The position numbers and the translations under genes are program-made. A stretch of DNA of 64,000 bases from a virus (lineage: Duplodnaviria > Heunggongvirae > Uroviricota > Caudoviricetes), in IMG/VR virus record IMGVR_UViG_3300042564_004805, positions 64,001 to 128,000 of that record. One strand, given 5' to 3'. The notes under the pieces were generated by a model that worked only from the letters and a program-made list of their open reading frames with translations, was not told the origin of the DNA and made no database searches. Of the stretch, positions 43,403 to 52,340 are shown in pieces (within the stretch, counting starts at the first letter, position 1; every line of letters starts with the position of its first letter).

Positions 43403-44748
43403 AGTGCTACAAATCCTGAAATTTTACCTTGAATGGCCATTGTTTGCCTTGTACTGCTAGTTACACAACTCCACGACGTGGCTGATGTTATCTCTCTCAC
43501 AGGACTGGAAACTGATGTAACTGTGTTGTTCCCCAACGCGCCACATGATGCATTTCCCCAGGTCCACAATGTGCCATCTGTTTTTAACGCCGCGGTATGC
43601 GCGCATCCACCAGATACTTGACACCAAGTTGTTGATGATGAAATTTCTTGTATAGGACTGCTCCGGCTGGTTGCAGTATTATTTCCCAGCTCTCCACATG
43701 TATTTAAACCCCATGCCCACAGAGTGCCATCGGTTTTTATAGCATTTGAATGATACTTGCCAGGCCCAAATGTGCACCAATTTGTAGAGCTGGAAACTTC
43801 TCGAACTGGGCTGCTGGCATTTGAGGTAGAGTTGTTACCGAGAACGCCATATCCACCTGAGCCCCAGCTCCAAAGTGTATTGTCTTTTTTCAACGCAACT
43901 GCTAGGTTGTAACCGTTTTGTATTCTGCACCAGGAGGTTCCGCTTGTTATTTCTCGCACTGGTGAACTGAAGTTAGTTGTGTTGTTGGTTCCCAGTACTC
44001 CACATGTGTTGACTCCCCAGGTCCACAGACTGCCATCAGACTTGACAGCAGCAGAGTGTCGCAGCCCTCCACTGCTGATTGAACACCAATTTGTACTTGA
44101 TGATACCTCGCGGATTGGAGAACTGCGGGTTGTTTTGGTGCCATCGCCCAAATTACCGCAAAAGTTGTCGCCCCATGCCCACAGTGTGCTATCACATTTT
44201 AAAGCCAAAAGATGGAACGCAAATGACCCTACACTTGTCCAGGTTGAAGAACTACTTATTTCACGAACTGGACTACTTTGGTTAGCTGTTGCATTATTGC
44301 CCAGTGCACCACAATTGTTGTAACCCCAAGTCCATAGTGAAAGGTCTGATTTTATTCCTGCTGATGTTGTATTGCTAGTGACAGTAACCCAATTGCAGCT
44401 TGAGCTTATTTCTCGAACAGGTGAACTCTGGGAAGTTGTTGTATTATTGCCCAAACCTCCACAGAGGTTCCAACCCCACCCAAACACACATGCGCCTGTC
44501 CAATTTGTATTGAAGTCATTGGTCCATTGGGTGCCATCACTGTAGCGATAGTCGCCAATGTCCGTTATCCAAATAAACCTGCCTGTATTGTCACATGCTG
44601 TTGGCAATGCTGCACAATTTGCTACACAATAGATCCCATTCAAAGCCGCTTGAATACCTGCCAACTGAGCAGTTTGCAGAACATCTTGATTGGCCAAGAC
44701 AATGCATGCGTTGGCTTGTGTGATGAGTTTGCCAGCAGCCACAGACAT
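43399..44748 (-). CDS. RCC1-repeat beta-propeller protein, N-terminus type C
   Basis: Same repeat, more diverged; N-term ..LPTACDNTGRFIWITDIGDYRYSDGTQWTNDF. Confidence 0.9.
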   Translation of the reverse strand: MSVAAGKLITQANACIVLANQDVLQTAQLAGIQAALNGIYCVANCAALPTACDNTGRFIWITDIGDYRYSDGTQWTNDFNTNWTGACVFGWGWNLCGGLGNNTTTSQSSPVREISSSCNWVTVTSNTTSAGIKSDLSLWTWGYNNCGALGNNATANQSSPVREISSSSTWTSVGSFAFHLLALKCDSTLWAWGDNFCGNLGDGTKTTRSSPIREVSSSTNWCSISSGGLRHSAAVKSDGSLWTWGVNTCGVLGTNNTTNFSSPVREITSGTSWCRIQNGYNLAVALKKDNTLWSWGSGGYGVLGNNSTSNASSPVREVSSSTNWCTFGPGKYHSNAIKTDGTLWAWGLNTCGELGNNTATSRSSPIQEISSSTTWCQVSGGCAHTAALKTDGTLWTWGNASCGALGNNTVTSVSSPVREITSATSWSCVTSSTRQTMAIQGKISGFVAL

Positions 44749-44752
44749 GTGA

Positions 44753-45010
44753 TTAAGTCAGTGCCAACAAAGCTAGTGTTCGAGCAGTGTTGTCTTGGCC
44801 ACCAAAACTGCCCCAAACTGTGCCGTCGTAGCCTTCAAAACTGGCTTGCGTAGTATTGTAACGGATTTGTCCTGTTGCTGCTGTTGGTCTTTCACCATCT
44901 GTGCCCACAGGCAATTTTAGTGCAGATGTGCCGCTGAAATTGGCATACCCAGTAATAGTCAAATTTTGGTTATCGGCGATGACTGTAACGCCTGATATTT
45001 TTATGGCCAT
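44753..45010 (-). CDS. Small fibre-associated structural protein
   Basis: ALKLPVGT..ERP...GQIRYNTT..SFEGYDG..WGS motif typical of T4-like fibre modules; TATAAATA and GGAG upstream. Confidence 0.65.
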   Translation of the reverse strand: MAIKISGVTVIADNQNLTITGYANFSGTSALKLPVGTDGERPTAATGQIRYNTTQASFEGYDGTVWGSFGGQDNTARTLALLALT

Positions 45011-45043
45011 CTTCGCGCTCCTTTTAGAGTACTCGGTTGCACT

Positions 45044-45051
45044 TATTTATA
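45044..45051 (-). promoter_or_regulatory. T4-type late promoter TATAAATA
   Basis: Exact consensus heading the RCC1 gene array. Confidence 0.7.
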
Positions 45052-45069
45052 GAGACGTGAGAACATTAC

Positions 45070-45609
45070 TTAACTTTGATTTAGTCCCAAGTGTTTTTTC
45101 AATACTTCAATACTTTCGGCCTGCTCTTGCAATGCCTTCAACAACAGCGGTATCAACTGAATATATGCCACAGTTTTCCCTGACGCGGTTGTACTCACAA
45201 GAGATGGTATAACTTGCTCTACTTCTTGAGCCAATAAACCAAAACTGTGTTTGCTGGCATGCTTCCAGTCAAAACTAACGGGATTGAGTTCCTTGAGAAT
45301 AGCCCAACTGTCGGTAATTGTTGAGATGTTTGTTTTGAACGCAGCATCACTGATGCTGTTGAAGTCAACAGCAGCCACTTCACCAGTGCCAGGATTATAG
45401 GTGAATGCTGTTGCAGTGCTGCGTATCCTAGGAGTAGTGCTAGAGCCAGCAGTGTCCACAAAAACCGGATAAAATGTTGAATTTGTTGTGGTATTTGTAG
45501 CAGTAATTGAGGTTGAGCTGCCGGCTGTTCCGCTCCATCCACTAGTGCCAGAAAATCCACTTGTGCCCGCACCGCTAAATCCGCTCCATCCACTTGTTCC
45601 GCTCCAGCT
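45070..45609 (-). pseudogene. 5'-truncated fibre gene remnant: Ser-Gly-X triplets plus intramolecular chaperone (peptidase S74) domain
   Basis: In frame: WSGTSGWSGFSGAGTSG...FYPVFV...SDAAFKTNI...LKELNPVSFDWK...GLLAQEVEQVIPSLV...VAYIQLIPLLLKALQE. No ATG start; GTG at 45459 is possible. Confidence 0.7.
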
Positions 45610-46002
45610 TTTGAATACACAGCTTATTCCTGCTCGGGGGTTGATTTCAAATGGTTGATTGAGAGCTCAAATTCAAAAATTTCTCTCTTGAGGCAGAAAC
45701 ACAACATCATTGTTGAGCAAAATTATGCGTTGACCTTTGGCTAGCTTGATAGCTAGATTGTTGGCACCACTTTATCCCAAGGGTTGATCACTCCATACAA
45801 TTTGACAGTGATCAGCCATGCCAACACTGACAAATTGCTGTTGTAGATCTTGTAGATAGTCACATTTGTTGTCTGTGCAACCATTGGCGCTGACTATCAA
45901 TTCAACGTCAGTCATTTTGTTATGAGAGCAAAGGCTTGTAGTGCAAGGTTCTAACAAGTCATTGCAGTGGTTGTAGGTTGGTATGATAATAGAGTATTTG
46001 AA
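45610..46002 (-). pseudogene. GT2 glycosyltransferase pseudogene
   Basis: KYSIIIPTYNHCNDLLEPC...VSANGCTDN...PLG*SGANN...IILLNNDVVFLPQERNF*I*ALNQPF...ISCVFK. Stops at 45772-45774 (TAA), 45673-45675 and 45667-45669 (TGA); TTC sits where Met is expected. Confidence 0.75.
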
Positions 46003-46063
46003 TTGTAGAGTCACAACAAAATTATACAAACTTTTTGATAGCACTACAATTTAGAGATTGAAA

Positions 46064-46567
46064 CTACACGTTCATCTCCGGAAGGAATCCCGGAGGATAA
46101 GGATTCACTGATTCCACAGGAACAATGTGTAAACTAGGCCAAATAATATTGAAAGGATCTTGTTGTGTTTGAGGTATATCAGCTAGTTCTTGAATATAGC
46201 GTTCGAGAGTGAGGATATCATCAATTGGAGTGAGACCCAATCTTAAGTATCGATTACAGCGTTCAACTCTCCATGCAACCGACTGAATAAGTATATCTCT
46301 CTGTTGTCGCACATCTTTCCATTTTGTCTGCTTCAGCATTTCAAGTTCTTCCAGGGTATATTCGGTCACTATCCACGCACCTGTGATATCATTCCACAAC
46401 AATTTCTCATTGTCCTGTAGTTGAGGAGGATCACTTACAGGCACATATCCAGCATCATCAATTTCTTCTGGAGTGAAAGTGCTAGGATCAGTTCGTGTTC
46501 TACCATCTAATAGTCTTATCCTGAATGGCAACGACTGAGGCCATTGGTTTTTATAGGAATACAGCAT
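46064..46567 (-). CDS. Phage tail fibre assembly chaperone
   Basis: W..VRQQRDILI....W and Y.QELADIPQTQQDPFNIIWP; AAGGAG before ATG 46567. Confidence 0.8.
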   Translation of the reverse strand: MLYSYKNQWPQSLPFRIRLLDGRTRTDPSTFTPEEIDDAGYVPVSDPPQLQDNEKLLWNDITGAWIVTEYTLEELEMLKQTKWKDVRQQRDILIQSVAWRVERCNRYLRLGLTPIDDILTLERYIQELADIPQTQQDPFNIIWPSLHIVPVESVNPYPPGFLPEMNV

Positions 46568-46747
46568 ATTATGTCTCCTTAAGTTCCTGAGAATCTTGGC
46601 ATAGTAGTATTGATGAGACCTCCGAGATAGAGTTTTTGTTGTTGTTATCAAGTGAGATACTATAAGCACTATTTTGCAATAGTGAATGATTGCAATAGTA
46701 ATTGACTGCGACAGTAGTGATTGTCTTGACAAATATCATCTTGTAAT

Positions 46748-46921
46748 CTACCACTTGCCCAATGGGCATTTGGCGAAATGGAACTTCCATTTCGCTAGCA
46801 TGATGCATCCGCATTCCTGGCAAGTCTTCATTATAGTAAATCTCGAACATGATTGGCATGAATCCTTCCGTTCATGGTATTTTGAAGGGTCATCCAGCAG
46901 CTTGAGGTTTGTCAACAACAT
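46748..46921 (-). CDS. Small Cys-rich zinc-binding protein (57 aa), absent from the ORF track
   Basis: MLLTNLKLLDDPSKYHERKDSCQSCSRFTIMKTCQECGCIMLAKWKFHFAKCPLGKW; pattern R..C..C...C..CGC.M..K...CPL.KW. Confidence 0.7.
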   Translation of the reverse strand: MLLTNLKLLDDPSKYHERKDSCQSCSRFTIMKTCQECGCIMLAKWKFHFAKCPLGKW

Positions 46922-46922
46922 C

Positions 46923-47798
46923 TTATAGATTCCCAGTCTGGGTTGTCGGGAACAGTCTAGTGGTTCCTGGCCATATTATGCGAACGGCCCCATTCCCGCC
47001 ACTAACGCTACCGCCGCCGTCACTCTGAAGCCCACCGCCGCCATACAATGCACCCACACCTGTACCTGTGTAACCCTTGCCATTTTCGCCACCACTGCCG
47101 CCGCCGCCGCCTGCACTGCTACTCGCTCCCCCATTACCCCCTGCTGTTCCATTTGCTCCTTGTCCCAGTATTCCTACGCCGCCCCCAGCTGTTGCATAAT
47201 AAGAGCTACCTCCACCGCCGCCACCGCCGGAACCAGCGTTGCCAGGTCCTGATGCGCCACTTGTAACGCCCGCAGCACCACCATTACCTGTGTAGCCACC
47301 TGCGCCACCACCACCAGAATACGCGCCAGTATTTGAAGCACCACCATTACCTCCGCCGTCTCCAACATAAGTTCCACCTGCACCTGCATAAGTTCCACCT
47401 CCACCTTGTACGGTTAAAGCGGATATGAAATAGCTAGCAGCACCATTTGCACCAGCACCGCCACCTGCACCAACAACCACAGTATATAATGTGCCTGGCG
47501 TAACACTGATGTTATTTTTATAACCCAAACCACCGCCACCGCCACCTAGATATGTGGTCGCTGTGGCACCTTTTCCGCCCCCTCCCCCAACGCATACTAC
47601 ACTCACGCTATTTACTCCCGCAGGGCATGTCCATGTGTATGTACCGGGAGTGGTATATGCCTGTTGTCCAAGGGAAAGAATTACGGGTGGCCAACGATTA
47701 TGCTTTACTGCCAAAAAATTTTCTCTCAAAGACCATACTCCTGAAGCTACTGAAGTAGTTGGATCATTTGGTTTGCCTATGATATTGCCTTTGCCCAT
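46923..47798 (-). CDS. Glycine-rich putative fibre/adhesin protein
   Basis: ASGVWSL N-term, YTTPGTYTWTCPAGV.SVSVVCVGGGGG, polyglycine runs and GAVRIIW. Confidence 0.75.
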   Translation of the reverse strand: MGKGNIIGKPNDPTTSVASGVWSLRENFLAVKHNRWPPVILSLGQQAYTTPGTYTWTCPAGVNSVSVVCVGGGGGKGATATTYLGGGGGGLGYKNNISVTPGTLYTVVVGAGGGAGANGAASYFISALTVQGGGGTYAGAGGTYVGDGGGNGGASNTGAYSGGGGAGGYTGNGGAAGVTSGASGPGNAGSGGGGGGGSSYYATAGGGVGILGQGANGTAGGNGGASSSAGGGGGSGGENGKGYTGTGVGALYGGGGLQSDGGGSVSGGNGAVRIIWPGTTRLFPTTQTGNL

Positions 47799-47817
47799 TT
47801 ATACGGTCTTTTATCTG

Positions 47818-48849
47818 CTAGAGTTTTTCAATGAGTACGCTGCCATTTCCGGTGGTGTTTACCCCGGCTGTGTTGGATTGGTTGCTGCCGTTGTTGATGC
47901 TGCCACCGCCACCTCCTGGTCCCAAGGCAGGACAGGTACACGCCCCCACACCGCCAGCACCGCCGCCACTGTAGCCACCACCACCACCACCTAGGTAGCT
48001 GCTGGCACCGCCTCCACCGCCAAACCCGCCGTTAGCCGCCGTGCCACCGTATTGCACACCTCCGGTCCCCCCCGTGCCGCCATTGAGAAAACTGTTACCG
48101 CCGCTTGAAGCGCCTTCACCGCCGCCGCCAGCTGCGCCGTTGCCGCTATAGCCACCACCGCCACCACCAACTGAAACACATCCATTGGTGGCACCACCGC
48201 CAGAACCAAGTGTGCCTCCACCTCCTCCGGTATCTCCCCCGGCATTGCCAGAGGTGAGTATGCTGGCATCCTTGTTGGCCCATGTGCCTGCCGAACCTCC
48301 GCCGCCTCCGCCAGCTATGATCAGTATGGTGTTGTCCTGTTTAGTCACGAAGCTGCTGCCGCCGCCGCCGCCCTTGCTACCACCGCACGCATTATTACCG
48401 GTGACACCCTGTTGTCCTACCAATATCTTGAGTTTTTCGCCCTGGGTAAGGGAGAAGGTGCCTATCATGCGTGCACCGGCACCAACACCGGTAGCACCGC
48501 TGCCTCCCCTAGCACCTATTGCTGTTATCCGGTATGACGCTGTCAAAGGAACCGTCCATAGCTGTATCCCGGATGTTACGCTGAAATATGCTGTGTTGGT
48601 GTTCCATCCTGACGGTGTAGGCGTGCCGGTCATCCCACCCTGTGCCTGTGCCAGTGTTGGTCCTGAACTGCCGCTAGCAGTGCCAGGTGTAAATGTAGCT
48701 GACGTAAATCCGTAGAGTGCTTGCCCAGGCCAGGTATTCCCGTATTTTGCATCAGCTTGTGCTTCTGAGCTCCAGACTCCTTTGGCCGTAGTTGATGTAG
48801 GATTATTTTCAATCCCAATAACACCGCCGTTATCAAAGTTAGTATTCAC
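47818..48849 (-). CDS. Glycine-rich protein with an ALK/LTK-type glycine-rich (polyGly II) domain
   Basis: WTVP..SYRITAIGARGG, GARMIGTFSLTQGEKLKILVGQQG, GGGGGSSFV, IIAGGGGG and GGFGGGGG...GGGGGYSGG. Confidence 0.75.
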   Translation of the reverse strand: MNTNFDNGGVIGIENNPTSTTAKGVWSSEAQADAKYGNTWPGQALYGFTSATFTPGTASGSSGPTLAQAQGGMTGTPTPSGWNTNTAYFSVTSGIQLWTVPLTASYRITAIGARGGSGATGVGAGARMIGTFSLTQGEKLKILVGQQGVTGNNACGGSKGGGGGSSFVTKQDNTILIIAGGGGGGSAGTWANKDASILTSGNAGGDTGGGGGTLGSGGGATNGCVSVGGGGGGYSGNGAAGGGGEGASSGGNSFLNGGTGGTGGVQYGGTAANGGFGGGGGASSYLGGGGGGYSGGGAGGVGACTCPALGPGGGGGSINNGSNQSNTAGVNTTGNGSVLIEKL

Positions 48850-49208
48850 TAACTGATTTCCTCATAGCTACACACAGCTTCCAGATCACTTACAGCACTA
48901 GCAGTCAAACGTATGCTGTCGCCTTCTTCAAGATAAATTGAAGTATCTTTGCTGATAACAACTAGCGATGCGTCTGCTGGTACGGAAATGGTATTCGCTA
49001 GTCTATACGCTACAGAACTTCTGAACAAATCCACAGTAATGTCTGCATTGTTGGTCCCGTCAACATTTGAAATTACTAGACTGTTGATTTTAAAGACTTT
49101 GTTACTTGCTGCTGAATTGGTAACTATTGCTGTAGCACTTGTACCAACTGCTTGTACCGCAGTTTTACCAATAATTGTTGTGACATTTACTATATTAGGG
49201 GCTGACAT
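48849..49208 (-). CDS. Conserved small phage structural protein
   Basis: APNIVNVTTI.GKT...ANTISVPADASLVVI.K..SIYLEEGDSI. Confidence 0.65.
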   Translation of the reverse strand: MSAPNIVNVTTIIGKTAVQAVGTSATAIVTNSAASNKVFKINSLVISNVDGTNNADITVDLFRSSVAYRLANTISVPADASLVVISKDTSIYLEEGDSIRLTASAVSDLEAVCSYEEIS

Positions 49209-49222
49209 AACTTTTTAAATCC

Positions 49223-51235
49223 TTATCCAAAAACAATTGCCATCGCAATAGCTTTGCCTGTAGTAACACCTGCTCCGCCACTGAATCCACTAGTTCCGCT
49301 AAAGCCGCTGACACCACTACAGCCGCTTGCTCCGCTGAAGCCGCTTGTGCCACTAGTTCCGCTGACACCACTAAAGCCGCTTGTTCCACTGAATCCACTT
49401 GTGCCACTGAATCCACTTGTGCCACTGAATCCACTGAACCCAGAGGTGCCACTCCAGCCACTTGTGCCACTCCATCCACTTACGCCACTAGTTCCGCTAG
49501 CGCCTGTAGGTCCTGTTACTCCATCAGCGCCATATGCAATTAAATGTGCTGAAAGCCAAGTTCCTGGACCGTCAGCAGTGCCATATTGCACTGTAACATT
49601 ACTTCCGGTACCGTTAAAGGCAGTAACTTGAGCAGAGTCAGTAGATCCATTGAAGTAAACAACTTTGCTGCCACCAAGTGAAATTCCCGTAGACGTTACA
49701 GTTTGAACTTGGGCAATTAATATAGTTCCAGAGTTTTTAAGTATCTGGCCGTTATATTGATTAGTTGCCACAGACGCTGCACTGACCCAAACACCGAAAC
49801 TTAAATTATAATAACCTGCAACAGTTGGTTTGAATGTATATGTGCTGGCGTTCCACCAGTTTTGTGGATCATAATAATCAGCTAAGGGTAAAACTAACGT
49901 ACTTGCGCTAGCAACTGTTTGATCACTTGTTAAGATAGCAGTTAAAATGTAAGAACTAGCTGCTAATGTAGACGCAGGACCAACAGGACCTGTTGGTCCT
50001 GTTACACCTGTTACACCTGGGGTGCCAGTTGCACCAGTTGCGCCACTACCAGTAGGTCCTATTAAGCCAGTTGCTCCACTGAATCCGCTGACACCACTAA
50101 AGCCGCTTGCTCCGCTGACACCACTAAAGCCGCTTGCTCCGCTAGTTCCGCTGAACCCACTAGTTCCGCTGACACCACTAAAGCCGCTTGTTCCGCTCCA
50201 TCCACTAGTTCCACTTGTGCCACTCCAGCCGCTTGTGCCACTTGTTCCACTAGTTCCACTTGTGCCGCTCCATCCACTGGTTCCACTTGTGCCGCTCCAT
50301 CCACTAGTTCCACTTGTGCCGCTCCATCCACTAGTTCCACTTGTGCCGCTCCATCCACTTACACCACTAGTTCCACTAGTTCCGCTGCCTCCAGAATATC
50401 CGCTCTCTCCTGAATAGCCAGACTCACCTGATGCCCCTGAATAACCACTCTCTCCAGAGTATCCTGAATAGGCAGAATATCCAGAGACACCTGACTCTCC
50501 AGAATAGCCTGACTCACCTGATATCCCAGAATAACCACTCTCTCCAGAATAACCTGAATAACCACTCTCTCCAGAATAACCTGAATAACCAGAGTAACCT
50601 GAATAACCAGAGTAACCTGAATAACCTGAATAACCACTCTCTCCAGAGTACCCACTCTCTCCAGAGTACCCACTCTCTCCAGAGTACCCACTCTCTCCAG
50701 AGTAGCCTGATACTCCACTGCCAGAATAACCACTTTCACCAGAGTAACCTGACCGGCCAGACTCACTTGAATACCCACTGGCACCAGAATACCCACTGGC
50801 ACCAGAATACCCACTGGCACCAGAATACCCAGATTCTCCAGATTTTCCTGAAGTTCCTGAATAACCACCTTGACCAGAGTAGCCTGATACTCCGCTGCCA
50901 GAGTAGCCGCTTGTTCCAGACTCGCCTGAGTAACCTGATATCCCAGAATAACCACTAGCACTGTTGGGCCCAGTTGGTCCAGTTGAGCCAAGGGTGCTTA
51001 CCCCAGAATAACCACTAATGCCTCTTGCCCCTGTTGGCCCAGTGGGTCCTTGTGCGCCAGTTGTGCCAGTACCCCCTCCACCGCCAGGGGTAAATGGTAA
51101 CCCACCAGGAGTTACGCCGTCAGAAAAACGTAACTCAACTTCCCCGCTTGCGTAGAATATCTCCCCATCGCGACCAACATACTCATTTATATCATTTGTG
51201 AACTTGCTGGTCCAAATTTTACGAATTTGAGTCAC
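49223..51235 (-). CDS. Collagen-like fibre protein with long (Ser-Gly-X)n tracts and an internal C1q/TNF-like beta domain
   Basis: On the order of 100 SG[YETFWVA] triplets flanked by GPTG(P/A) segments; FKPTVAGYYNLSFGV; C-term TTGKAIAMAIVFG; GTG start. Confidence 0.8.
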   Translation of the reverse strand: MTQIRKIWTSKFTNDINEYVGRDGEIFYASGEVELRFSDGVTPGGLPFTPGGGGGTGTTGAQGPTGPTGARGISGYSGVSTLGSTGPTGPNSASGYSGISGYSGESGTSGYSGSGVSGYSGQGGYSGTSGKSGESGYSGASGYSGASGYSGASGYSSESGRSGYSGESGYSGSGVSGYSGESGYSGESGYSGESGYSGESGYSGYSGYSGYSGYSGYSGYSGESGYSGYSGESGYSGISGESGYSGESGVSGYSAYSGYSGESGYSGASGESGYSGESGYSGGSGTSGTSGVSGWSGTSGTSGWSGTSGTSGWSGTSGTSGWSGTSGTSGTSGTSGWSGTSGTSGWSGTSGFSGVSGTSGFSGTSGASGFSGVSGASGFSGVSGFSGATGLIGPTGSGATGATGTPGVTGVTGPTGPVGPASTLAASSYILTAILTSDQTVASASTLVLPLADYYDPQNWWNASTYTFKPTVAGYYNLSFGVWVSAASVATNQYNGQILKNSGTILIAQVQTVTSTGISLGGSKVVYFNGSTDSAQVTAFNGTGSNVTVQYGTADGPGTWLSAHLIAYGADGVTGPTGASGTSGVSGWSGTSGWSGTSGFSGFSGTSGFSGTSGFSGTSGFSGVSGTSGTSGFSGASGCSGVSGFSGTSGFSGGAGVTTGKAIAMAIVFG

Positions 51236-51242
51236 AAGAGCT

Positions 51243-51572
51243 TCAACCCAAAATAGAGGGTTTGATACTTACAGTTGGTATGAAATCTTTTTTTGCTGTA
51301 ATTTTTGAGATATTGGACTGTTGAGGTGTATGAAAATCATCCTCTGGGTTTATCACAGTGGGATCTTCAGTTGTGGGCCCCACGCTGTCTTTTACAGTGT
51401 CAAGGTGTTGTTGGAGTGGTGGACTCCACTTGGCATCGCCCTCTTCACCATAACGCACTCCAGGATTTATCACATCACTGTCAGCTTGCGCTTTCAACAC
51501 ATCGCCCAAGGGGATGTTGATTGTAACAGGCACATTTACAGTAAATTCTCGAATAAATTCTTTAGCTCTCAT
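51243..51572 (-). CDS. Hypothetical putative head protein (MRAKEF-type start)
   Basis: MRAKEFIRE leader and WSPPLQQHL motif. Confidence 0.55.
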   Translation of the reverse strand: MRAKEFIREFTVNVPVTINIPLGDVLKAQADSDVINPGVRYGEEGDAKWSPPLQQHLDTVKDSVGPTTEDPTVINPEDDFHTPQQSNISKITAKKDFIPTVSIKPSILG

Positions 51573-51593
51573 ATTTTACACCACATATGTTTG

Positions 51594-52301
51594 TCATTTA
51601 GACACCAAAACATACCAAACTCCAGAAATAGGCACTTGCCCAGATAAATTCAATTGGCAAGTCATCTCATCAATTAAGGTTATTGTTGTGGGATTTACCA
51701 GTTGGTAGTTGGTGTCATATACTTGAACAAACACAAGTCTCTGTGCAAGGCCATGAACAACGGTCAACACATCGGTCACAATATTTTGAGATGAAAACGG
51801 CATTTGGAAGCTGGTGACTGGGGCAGACCCAGGAGGGCCAGCAGGACCGGTGGGACCTTGTATGGGGCCTTTGGGGATAAATCCAGGACTCAGGGCACCA
51901 AAGTTCAAAAGTATTTCAGAAACACTGCCAACCGTGCTGTCGTCAATAGGTGCTGGAGTCAAATAATCTCTGCTTACAACAGCTCTTACCCAAACATAAT
52001 TGCCTACAAATGTATATGCAAAGCTGCCGGTGTCCCCACCAAATAGGCCACTGGGATTGAACAAATCTCTAGGGAATTGTACATAAGGCAGGTCTGACTG
52101 TAGATAAACAGGAAACCAGTCTTGTTCAACTGGATTATCTGCCAACGAGGCTTGAATTAAAATCCGGCCTGTAAAATTTGTTAACGTTAGGGCTACTGTA
52201 TGACTACCGCCAAGAAAATTGGTGTAGCCTGCGCCTTTTTGCTTTTCGCCAGTTACATTGACCTTACCGCTAGTAGTTGGTAATAAGACAAGACTTTCCA
52301 T
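51594..52301 (-). CDS. Putative virion structural protein
   Basis: GEKQKGAGY...HTVAL.L.NFTGRI.IQASLA.NP...DWF; short GPTG collagen stretch; ATAAATA upstream. Confidence 0.6.
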   Translation of the reverse strand: MESLVLLPTTSGKVNVTGEKQKGAGYTNFLGGSHTVALTLTNFTGRILIQASLADNPVEQDWFPVYLQSDLPYVQFPRDLFNPSGLFGGDTGSFAYTFVGNYVWVRAVVSRDYLTPAPIDDSTVGSVSEILLNFGALSPGFIPKGPIQGPTGPAGPPGSAPVTSFQMPFSSQNIVTDVLTVVHGLAQRLVFVQVYDTNYQLVNPTTITLIDEMTCQLNLSGQVPISGVWYVLVSK

Positions 52302-52340
52302 AATTTCTCAACAATTGATTTGTCGATATTTATGGAAAGG

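Larger units (their letters stand above)
35964..44500 (-). repeat. Coding tandem repeat (about 155-bp RCC1 unit, roughly 40 copies over six genes)
   Basis: Recurring blocks such as tttgacaccaagtgg, ctggtgatttctctcactggacttgagcg and ccccaactccaaagtgtgccatctgttttt. Confidence 0.9.

Noticed and set aside
35964-44500. CRISPR-like array from the regularly spaced near-identical DNA blocks
   Set aside because: The period is about 155 bp, copies stay in frame, and they translate to RCC1 blades; no cas genes or leader are present.
35964-44748. Diversity-generating retroelement acting on the RCC1 genes
   Set aside because: No reverse transcriptase or non-coding template repeat is in the window, and variation is spread over all blades rather than one C-terminal region. 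Adenine bias was not computed.
46569-46859. Listed 96-aa ORF as a real gene
   Set aside because: Its 5' half overlaps a more convincing Cys-rich gene in another frame, and it has no recognisable motif.
49195-50991. Long alternative-frame and antisense ORFs (Pro-Leu-Val, Val-Ala-Gln and Asn-His-Ser repeats)
   Set aside because: These are shadows of the stop-poor Ser-Gly-X repeat, with no RBS or independent signal.
25418-51235. Eukaryotic or giant-virus origin suggested by RCC1, RyR, collagen and ALK-like domains
   Set aside because: SD sequences, sigma70 and T4 late promoters, overlapping operons, no introns and bacterial IF-1/ClpA all point to a bacteriophage.
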